A stretch of DNA of 64,000 nt from Monocercomonoides exilis PA203 (taxonomy: Eukaryota; Protista; Preaxostyla). The stretch is taken from the NCBI GenBank assembly GCA_001643675.2, contig LSRY02000026.1, positions 1,116,001-1,180,000 of the forward strand, given 5' to 3'. The translations under genes and the position numbers were made by a program. The notes below the pieces were generated by a model, which had not been told where the DNA came from, did not search any database, and saw nothing but the letters and a program-made list of their open reading frames with translations. Below, one piece after another: positions 36,534 to 47,263 of this stretch. Position 1 is the first letter of the stretch. Every line of letters begins with the position of its first letter.

Positions 36534-37900
36534 CTATGCCCTATCCGATGCCAAATACACACCTCCACACAGTTCTCTTTTCTTCTCTCTCCTCACAAAC
36601 AGCCTCTCCCCAATGAACGTGATGCTCATTGTCCTGTCAGGCTGTGTCATTACTTCCACAACTGGTATCAACACAATCAGCTCCCGCTTGGCACACAGCT
36701 CCGCCAGCTCCCGCGTCACCGTCATCATCACCAAATAGTCCTGCCAGCTCCCATATGCACTCTTGTCAATCAGCTTCAATAACTTCAAATGTGGAGATTC
36801 CTCATCTTGAATCTGTTCCTCTCCTTCTCCCTCTCCTTCTTTCTCCTCTTCCACTTCCCCTTGTTTTATTTCTTCTTCTTCCTCTTCTTCATCTTCTTCA
36901 TCTCACAAACCTTCTTCTTCTTCTCCTCCTCCTTCTCCTTCTCTTCTTTCTCCAAATCTATCGAACTTCTCTCTTTCTCTAACTCCTCATTTGTTGCCAA
37001 ATCATTTGTGGGCATTTCCACCTGTTCCTCATCTTTTCCCACTTCCTCTGCACTTCCATCTGAAGCTATTCCCAAAGACCCGTCTGCTGCTTCTTCTGCT
37101 GCTCTCCTGTTCTCCTGTTGGATGCCATCAGATGGAGAAGAATTGCTCACTTCTGGTTCCACTGAATACTTTTTGCCTGCGCTCGCCTCAGTCTCTGTCC
37201 TCGCATTCACAAACCTCAACCGACTCATTCCAAGTGCCTCCACAACCAGCGGCGTCATCGCTTCTTCCAACTTCCTGATGTTCTCTTTGTTTCTTTTCAC
37301 AAACTCTCTGTTCTCTGTCAAATACCCGCCTTTCGCCTCATTCTTATCACCTCCCTCTCTCCCTCCATCTTCTTTTCCATCTTCTTCTCCCTCTTCTTCT
37401 CCCTCTTTGACTCACATTTCTCCTTCCTCTGCCTCTTCCCGCTCCTCCAGCACATACAGAGCAATCGCCACTTGCAACAGAACAACATTCTCCATCATCA
37501 ACCTTGTTTCCTCCAGCGCATTCTCCACAATCTCTACCATCCTTCATATAACAACCTCTCGCCCATTCGCTTTTTCGTCAATCTTTGCCACAACACGTCT
37601 CGACTGCTGCGGTCTCCATATCTACTGCGACTGGTCAAACAGATCGTAGATCGACGGGAATGCTTTACACATCAACCGCATCAAATATCCGCTTGCTCCC
37701 CGACTTCGTTCCCACAGACGCTGCAAGTGAAAGAAGCTGCGCCACCAACGGAACCTAAAGCATTGCAGAAAGTGCAACATCGTTGAAACAAACAATGCCC
37801 CAAAATAGCACCTCCTGCCTAACCACAACATATCCCTACAACGTTTGTAGCGCCCGTGATGAAAGAAGCAGCGGCAGCGACAGCCGAATGAAAGGGATAG
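36534..37900 (-). pseudogene. Decayed copy 2 of the repeated gene family
   Basis: REFVKRNKENIRKLEEAMTPLVVEALGMS and DGIQQENRRA match copy 1. Confidence 0.65.
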
Positions 37901-38899
37901 ACACAGCAGCAACTCTCGATGGAACAATCTTTAAGCTCCTTTTTTTTCATCTATCTCAGCGACAGATGTGTCGAAAGAGGCAACCGCGGATGCTTCTGTC
38001 GAACAGATTTCAAGAACAATGGATAATTTTTTTGACAAATGGAAAGGCTCATCCCTCAAATCAGTCGAATCGTCGTATATTTTCTGCATTTGCAAGGAAA
38101 ACGCAAAGCCAAAGCTGATCAAAATAACAGCTTGTGATAAGTTGCATGTTGATAAAGGAAAAGAGAAGATAAACGAAAATGCAGAAAATGATTGGAAGAG
38201 ATTGAATCTATCGAATCAATGCTTTGACTGTTTCACAGATTCGAAGAATGTTATTCAAAGCTGAAAATAATCAACGTCCCTTGAGAAGCCTTAGAAAAAA
38301 TGATTGTTTTGGTAAAATAAGAACTTTTCTTATTTGCTTTTTCAAAAAATTTTCAATCGAATAAAGTTATTGCAATCAATGACCTGTCAGTTAAATGAAG
38401 GAAGAAGAAATGAATAAAAATTTCAAAGAACGAAGGTCTGTAAAGCTAGAAGTGAAAATACTCTGTGAAAAAATAAAACATTCTTGTGCATTTTCAAATA
38501 ATAATCGATATTCTGATATTTTGCCTCTTCACAGTTTAATTATTCAAAAGCAAGGAGAGAATGAATGTTCTATGTTCTTATTCTTTAAAAAATACATCGA
38601 AAGAGAAATAAACTTTGTTTTCATCATTCCTTTCAGACAAACAAATTTTGCAAATATGAATGCATGAAAAACTTGATTGCAAAAAAAAGAACAAACTTGT
38701 AGAAGTGATTCCAACGAATTCATGCTTAAAGAATATCTCTTTTCTCCAATAATGTTTTATTTTTTAGAAATGGCTCTTTCGCAGCAAGCTTCGCAGCAAG
38801 CTTCGCTGCAAGGTGAAGATATTCGTGGAAGACAAAGCCCAGAATAGACGGTTTGCAGAGATCCATATGAAGAAAAAGCGTTTTAAAATATTTCTGCAT

Positions 38900-41600
38900 C
38901 TTCCTCAACGACTTCAGATGAGCTGCTTTTCATGAATCGTTGAAATAACATACCGCAGCCTTCTATTATTCTTTTGTCTAAATTTCCAATGGTCTTATTG
39001 CAGTATTAAATAAATGCTGATGACAATCGAGGAAACCAATCCGTCAATATCATGCTTTCAATCATCTAATTTTAGTCTCTCTCTTTTATATACGAATATT
39101 CCACAATTATTGATTTCTTTTTTGTCTAAAAAAGAATTTCCACATCATCTTTATCATTTTCAATGTTGCTGCTGTCAAAAAAGTCATCATGATCATCTTC
39201 ATTCATGCATGCATTCCATTCTGTGTCTTCATCCATGTCCATTGAGTTCTGTTTTCGTTCTTTCATTGTTTGAGTATCAGTTGAAATTGCTTCATCAATC
39301 ATTGTGTAATTATCCGAAGAAGAAGAGTGATATGGAGATGAAGATGAATACGATGAATAAAAAGAAAAGTAAAAAAATATTAATTGTGGAACTTCCGAAA
39401 GTTGATGATTGCTGTGGGGAAATAATTCAAACAAATCGTTCACTGCTTCGTCTTCACCCTCTTGCAAACCGAACTCGTCTTCCGATTCATTCTCTAATTC
39501 TGTCTCTAACATTTGGGTTTCCTGAACCCCTTCAGAAGAATCCTTTGCTTCTGTGAAACTATTCAAATCATTTGTAATTTGTTCGAATTCATCAGAAAAT
39601 AATCGTAAATTTTTGTTTAAATCTATTGTTGTTCGTTCTGAGAATAAATTCGAGACAGTCGTAAACCCCATTTTTTTTAAATATTTGTCATAAATTAAAT
39701 TTTGAATGGAATGAATTTGATCTTCGCAACACAAAATTGATTTATCCTTTGGAAATTAGAAAGGTTCAAACACAGCATAAAAATGTTGAATAATGATATC
39801 GCAACAACAAATCAGCAGAAATGTCCAAATAATGGGTTTGAAATTGATGTTAATGAATGATTTGCTTTTTTTGATGCTTTATTTGTTGATTAAATAGCTG
39901 AAGAAAATCTATCGAAAAATCTTGAATAATTGATGAATTCATTCGAAAACTGTTGTGTTCTGCATAATTCCATGCCAATTGGAGTGACAGCGAACGTTAA
40001 AAAAAAGAATTCACCTGGAGAGCCTATGAAAAAAAATTTATGTATTTGGATAAGAAAGTTCGAAATTGGGTTTTTCTATTTTTCTTCAGAAAATTATGGA
40101 TGCCTTGTCATTCCAATGTGAATTCCAATTATTCGTTGTATAAACGGGAAAACGTGACAAAGTTTTGTTTTATTGCTTTCCAAATGAAGATGAAGCTTAA
40201 TCAAAGGCAGAAGAACAAGTTCAGCTTTTATGATGTCAATTAAGTCTTCTTTTGAAATACATTTTTCTTTCTCTATTATTTGGCGCTTTTTTCGTATAAA
40301 GGAACACAAATTGAATTGACTGTACCACCTTGAAATAATGAACGAAGAAGCAGTTTTTTACAATAAAAGTCTGATGGATTTGCTTTGGGCTAATTGAGCA
40401 AATTGCAATATTTTCTTATAGATTTCAAGAAGAAAAGGCACCTTGCTGCAACAGGAACAATGGCAAGATTAGTTAAATGGCTGCAACAATAGATGCAAAC
40501 AGGTTTAATAACAAAATGATGTTCAACAAATGTGCTTTCTTCAGAATGAGCGTTTGATTATCTTTCTATTGAGTTTTTTTGTGCAGAAAACCCGTCTGCA
40601 CAAAAACTTCTTATTGTCACATCAAACGACTGGGATTCTGAGATGATATTTTTCAGAATATAAGAGTATTCATCAGTTGAATAACAACAAGGATATAGGC
40701 TCCAGAAAAATGGAGATGACTGTGATGTTAGAGAAGCAACAGAAACAACAGTGTGCGAAACATTTCCAGCTAATCCACTGTCCAGTAAAATGCAAACGCT
40801 TTTATTAGTTATTGATTTGATTCTTTCAAGCTTTGTTGTTGTTCTGCAATTTTAAACCATCTGAGAAACCGTTTTTCTTGTAAGATATGGGAAAATCGAA
40901 GTTTGTGATAAAGATGGGTGATTATTTTTGTAATCATATTTTTTCATGCAATATTTACGGTTTAATAAATTTTTTTTTGAACATCAATAAAAGAACACTG
41001 AAGAGTTAAAAGACTTTGAAAAAATATCTTCATCTTTGATTCAATAAAAACATTTGTTTGAAAAACAATTGTGATAAATACACAAATTGCAGACAAAATC
41101 TCTTCCCAGTGACAAACAATTTTGAAAAAATCAATACCCCGAAAAAAGTTATGATTTCAAAAATTATCACCCAGATGAATTGTCTTGACTGATTCGCATT
41201 AATTACAATAAAAATGTTTTCATTTCATCTGACGATGCTGATGAAAATGAAACGTTGCATTTGCAAATCATTTTGACAAATAGATCTTCAAGCTCACTTG
41301 AAATTGTTGATTTTTCATAATTTGATTTTTCCATTTCGCTGTGAATTGCAAGTTGTTGTCGTTGCTTTAATAATGTTGATATTTGCTGATGTTTTAGTAA
41401 TTGACAATTATGTTTGATGATATTTGGATATGGTTTTCTTCCAGATACACAACAAGGAAAACCGTCTTTTGAATTTGAGCACATGCAATACCTGTGACAA
41501 TCATTCTTTGCAGCTCCATGTTCGTCAACTTTTGAGTAAGAAATCCATAAATTGTAATTCACAATTTCAAAGGATATTTTTGATAAATATTCGTCATTTT
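38900..41600 (-). pseudogene. hAT-like transposase relic
   Basis: In order: Cys/His BED-like segment (YCMC..PCC..NIIKHNC), FPYLTRKTVS, VCILLDSG, IRSFCADG, IYCCSHLTNLA (CxxH), ISRWYS, an acidic insertion, and KSSSSEV near the end. No TIRs identified. Confidence 0.65.
40916..41172. mobile_element. 257-bp MITE, GGGTGAT.. TIRs, AGAT TSD, inserted in the hAT relic
   Basis: AGAT|GGGTGATTATTTTTGTAATCATA ... TATGATTTCAAAAATTATCACCC|AGAT. Removal gives the contiguous frame RISQDNSSLSQTSIFPY. Confidence 0.88.
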
Positions 41601-43599
41601 TTTATGGGATGCTTAAACACTCAGAATAAATGAAACTAAAAAATGATTTAAAATATGTTTAACACAAAACAAAACATGAACCAGATTTTGAGTTTCCACA
41701 TTTTTCGAGTTTTACTAATTGACAACGAGCTTTTTTCAACTCTTCCATCTTTTTTTCGAAAGCATTTGCCTTTTGAAAAAAAAATTGACTTTCAAAGTGA
41801 TCCAAAATAGAATATCAAACGATGAAATTTTTTGAAAGGCTATTTTTCAATCCTTCTTCAAGTGAAATTCGTTCTTCACCCATTGCACTTTTTTCCAAGG
41901 CGCTGCCTGTCACTGACGTCATTGACTTTTTTTTGATCAAAATAATCCATCTCCGTCAGTGCTGTCTGTTCCCCATAATTTATTAAGTCAAAAATTTTTC
42001 TTTAATAACTTTTTTTCAAAATTTGTTTATTTATATAAAATAAATATAAATGGAAAATTGTTTCCTTTTAAATATGCAATTATTCAATATAAAAAACCAC
42101 ATTATGAAAAGACGTGATTTTTTTCTTTCGCCTCAGTCAAATATCACAAATTAACTTGTAAAAGTCAGTCTGTCACCCAGGCTTTCATTTTTATATGAAG
42201 AATTGAGTTCAAAAAATGTTTCAAATTGATAATTTAACAATTAGATGAAACAAGCTTTTCAAAATCATTTAATAATGGGCGTTTGTCAATTTGAAAGTTG
42301 TTCGTTTTCATTTTTCAATAAACTGCAAACAGCTGAATTCAAATGGCGCGGTTTGCTTTTCACATTTTGTTTCTGCTTCATGAAATGTTGTGTGCTTTAG
42401 AAATCTTTTTTAATAAACTAAAAATATTATGCAATTTTTGTCATCATCAATTTGAAGCAATGATTTTGAAAACGAAATAAACAAAGTCAAAATCGTTTGA
42501 GTTATTTTGTGATAATAATTATTGCTATTCTTTTATTTTTTTCTTTAAAAATCTTGAATATTTATTTTTCTTTGATAATAAATTGTGTTTCGTCAAGCTC
42601 CTCTCAGTATAACAAAGAACTGCAATTGCAAAAGCCTGTGCAAAGAATGCAGTTATGGAAGACAATGGAATGAAGGAGGAGGAAGGAAAAGGAAGGGGGA
42701 GGAAGGGGGAGGAAGGGCGATGCCATGCTGATTAGTGAAGAAAATTATTAATTTTCTTTATGGAACGTGAATAAATTGAAGAAGAGAGAAAGAAATTGGA
42801 AGAAAGAGATTTGGAGAGAGAGATTGAAGGAGAGAGAAAGGAAGAGAATAAGGAAAATATTTTTGAAGGACCATATGCACGAAAAATAGACAAGAAAGCA
42901 ATTGAAACTATTGCAAAAGAGGAAAAAGTTGAAGAATAAAGAAAGAAAGAAAGAAGAGAAGAGAAATTTCTTTTGAACCAAACTTCTCTTTTCATGTTGC
43001 GAAGACTGAAGAGAAGAAAAGAGAAGAAGTCGAATGCTATGAAATCAGCGATGAGAAAAGAAGAAAATGCTTGGATCAATTTTAGATGGAGAAATGCAAA
43101 ATATGTCAGCTGTAACGTTGGATTTCAATGAGAAAAATGAATAAAGAGGAAAAGAAGAGAAGGAAGCAGAAAATAAAACCAAAGAGTGGATAGTCAAACG
43201 AAGAGGGATATTTCTCCGATGTTGATAATTCTCCGGAGAATGATTAATTTTCGACTCCAATGTTAAAGCAGAATTACAAGAGGCAGAAGAAGAGAAGGAA
43301 AAAGAAAAGAAATGAAATGAAAAAGAATACTCATTTTGACTGTTGATAAGTTCAAAGAGGGAACTAATTTTTTTTCGATAAAAGAGAACTGAAGAGAAAT
43401 GAAAAAATGAAGAAAAAAAGAAGAGTGAGAGGAAGAAGAGAAATAAGAAAAACAAGGAAAAGAAGACGAAGACAACACTTCTGACAAAAATATGAGCGGA
43501 GAAATCGAAGGATCAATATCACCAAATGCACACTCAGAGAATAGGAGCCTTTTGGTGATTGCAATCTTTTTCTCTTTCGGAACCTTCTTTAGCTTTGTT

Positions 43600-45310
43600 G
43601 AAGAAGAGGAAGAAGATAAAGATGATGCATGACAAGACATTGACTCCTCCTTTCTCCCTCTGCTATACTATCACCTTGTGAAACAGCTCCACACGATTCC
43701 CTGCCGTTGGGGGAAGGGCAAAGCAGATCACCATTTCCACCTCTTTCACTCTCCAGCTTCAGCTCAGCAAGCTCCTTCACAAGCAGCAGAAATATCAAGA
43801 AAATAGCAAACAGTCCCTCTTTCCTAGCCGCTAATGGCTGCACAGCCTCCATCTGCTGCTTCTCAAGCACCTCATTGAACAGAACCATCTGCTCACTTAT
43901 CATCTGCTCCTGCACTTTCGATAGTGCAATCAGCATTTTCGTATCATTCTCCTTCTTGTTCATCTTCTTCCACACAGTTGAATTCACTCCAACTCCACCA
44001 ACAACACCAGCACTATCTCTCTCACCATCATTGATTTTTCACACTGCACTCACCCATCTACTCACTTTTCACAACAACCTCCTTCCCATTCAGGTTTTGA
44101 TCAAGCATCATAGCGTATTTTATACCCGATGCTCGCTACAAAACTTCTTTTGATACTTTTCACACATCCCCAAGAGCAAAATCCACGAATCAGAAAAAGG
44201 AACCATCATTCCACTTTCAGAAGCTGCGAAGAAGGCAAGGCAGATGGAACCTCCGAAACCGTCGGTTTCATCTCGCCTTCGCCACTCACCACTCATAAAC
44301 CCATTCTGATGCCTCTGCTTCTCTTTCTTATCCTTCTCAATCCTCACATCAGCCAGTTCCGCCTTCTCCCTCATCGCTTCCAACTGCTCCTTCTCCTTCT
44401 CCTCCTTCTCCTCCTTCTCCTTCTCCTCCTTCTCCTTCTCCTCCTTCTCCTTCTCCTCCTTCTTCACCTCTGCATTGCGCTTCTCACTCATCTCTGGTAT
44501 CTTTCTCTGATTTATCCATATGATCTTGTCTTTCTCCAGCAGCCTCTCTGCAAAGGCCACTCATCTGGTTTGAAATCCGCTCTTCCTCTCAAATGTGTTT
44601 TTTTTTTCAAGCAGCGTGTTGAACTTTGAACGCCTCTTCTTTGCCTCCAGCTTCATTTCCTCGTGCTGCTTCTTCAGCTCTCTGTTCTTCTGCCTCAGCT
44701 TTACACGCACTCTCTTTCTTCCAGCTTCTCTCTCCCTTCAGCGCCTCATCCTTCCAACAAATCTCGCACAGAACACGTGCTGCATCATCCTTTGCCAACT
44801 TGCTTCACCTCTACACGCTTCTACTGTGAAGACAGCTGCTCCAGAGCACTATTTCGTATGAAATTGATTTCATTTCAAACATGTTGTGGAAAGAGAGAGA
44901 CTCTTTTCTATCAGCAGCTACAAAGATCCGCTTGCTCCCCTTCTTCGTGACCATAAATTCCACAAGCAACGTGTCGTGACCAACAAAATGAACTGAAAGC
45001 ATCACCGAAAGCTCCACATCGCAGGCACACACAACATTCCCACACAGCATATTCCACCACACCGCAACATAACCATTCAGCGCCTCTAGCGCTCTCAATA
45101 ATGACTTCTCATGATTTCCACACACCTCACATTCTTCAGATACCACAATCTGCTTCCGTCTCTCGACATCTTCCATCGTTGTTGCAAACTTGCATGACTC
45201 CTCCCCTGCAGATCCATCTGAAAGATCAATCGAAGGTTCCCATAATGATGAAGATGATTACCTGTCCTCCGCCTTCATCTCTTCGCTTCTCCGCCTCCGG
45301 AATGGCGAAG
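43600..45310 (-). pseudogene. Decayed copy 3 of the repeated gene family
   Basis: ELSVMLSVHFVGHDTLLVEFMVTKKGSKRIF matches copies 1 and 2. The 5' sequence CCATTCC[AG]GAGG[TC]GGAGAAGCGAAGAGA is shared with copy 1. Confidence 0.6.
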
Positions 45311-47263
45311 TTGATCGGCGTGCTGCTCCTGTTGAAGAAGACGAAGAATACTATAGACGCTAAGAGTTGGACAAATACTGATCTTTAATAGCAACAAGAA
45401 GCTTTTTCAGATACACAACTACGTCTGCTTGCAGCTCTTTTGGTGATGCAAGCACAACATTCGCATTCGGATCAGAAAGATCAACCAGCCGCGAAAGCTC
45501 GTCGTTCTCGAGCGATGGGAAAATGTTGGAACAGAGTTTCTTCAGCTGAGGAGTTGAAATGGGAAGAAGAAAGAGGAGGAGAGTTTGAAGAGGATGAAAT
45601 GGAGGGATTTGTGGGATCTGTAGTCAAAGACTGAGTATATTGTGATTGAGAAAGAAGTTCTGGTGAAATGTCAATGTTCTTCACAAGCTTAAGACCAACA
45701 GGCTTGTGCGTGTCTATTCAGCGCCTGATTCGTTCGTCTCAGCCGAATGAATGAAGATGGATGTGAAATCATTTGCTCTGCTTGGCAATGTCCCACTCTT
45801 CGCATGGCTTTCTTTGTAACTCCAGACACATCTCGTTCAGTTCTGCTTGTATTTTTTCCAACTTTTGCAGGAACCATTGCTCTGTGCGTGAAATATCTTC
45901 AACTTTCTTTAAATAATTGCTGCATCCTTTCCTGTTGATGATTTTTTTAATGATATCTGCAGATTGTCTGCTGCATCCGCACTGCTGACTGGATGGCAGT
46001 GGCTGCTTTGTCTTCTCTCTTTCCTTGCTTGAAGCGCTGCCCAGGCTGCCTCAGACACACCAGCACTGCATCGATGTTCACAAGGCAACCCAACATTTGC
46101 TCTTCCTTAAGACTAGCATGTTCAATGCGAGTGGAACGATGTATTGCAGGAGACGATTGTGGTTGAGAAGAGACATATAAAGGTTGAGGTGAAGGTGAAG
46201 ATGAATTTTATTAATAGCAAATATTTTTCATCAACAATGATTGAAAACTTCAAAATAACAGACTTGTTCACAATTAGGTTTTTAATGCAATCAGTGTGAT
46301 TTTCCTTTCCGATAAACATATTCTCCAAATATGCTCTAAATTTTGAATATTTGCGAATGAAGAATTTTTTTTTTTTTTAATATATTCAAAACATTTTTCA
46401 ATTTTTTGTTTTCAAAAGAAGAAAATAAAAAAACATGAATATTAAAAAAGAAACTGTTTGCATTCTTTTCATTTAATCAGAAGAAAAAGAGAGAAAAAAA
46501 ATAATCATATTGAATTGTTTTTCTCATCCAGCTTGAAAACAGTCATCTGCCAACATGTATTCAATTTTTTTAAATGGAAAGAAAGAAAGAAAAAGAAAAA
46601 TTCAAACACTTTCCACTTATTCAAAAAAAAAAGGAATTTGTGGATAAAATGAAAAGAAACATAAAAAAATAACATGAAATGAGTTTTAATTTGTATCAGG
46701 AAAGGAATTCAAATACAAATTAATTTCTATTTCATCAATAAAACAAAAATACAACAATTACTTCTTTTCATAAAAGATCATTCATATTATTACGAAATTT
46801 CTTTACACATTTGTTTGTGAACTTTGTAATTCTGAAGAAACAAAAATGTGAATATTACACCCTTAATGAAGCAATTATTTGTATAAAAGTCAATCCATTT
46901 ATAATTTAAAAAATGATAACCTTGTTTACATAGAAATTTACAATAAAACCAATAAAAAAAATTTTCACAAAAAAAGAAATGAGCAAATCATACATCTATT
47001 GACAAACCATAAACACATAAATTATCTTAATAAAGAAAATGAATGATACGCATCACAATAAAGAACTCGTATTTTGTTAATAATCAATTCTTGTTTTTGA
47101 ATTAAAAAAAAAAAAACAGAAAAATCTCTAATAATGGTTTTGTTCAAAAAAATGAATTTTTGAAATGTTTCGATATGAACAGCATTCACTCAAAATTCGT
47201 GTGTATGCAATGCAAGTTTTCCAATTCTTTTTAATATTAAAATAATTTGATTTGAAAAAAATT

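Noticed and set aside
42160-42185. GTCAGTCTGTCACCCAGG as the hAT terminal repeat (similar to TGGGTGACGGATTGA at ~22734)
   Set aside because: No partner repeat or 8-bp TSD was found at the other end of the hAT relic, and the match is too short.
42640-43560. Glu/Lys-rich plus-strand coding-like stretch (also 28740-29040 and 30230-30620)
   Set aside because: Many stops and low complexity; probably pseudogene debris, but no product can be supported.
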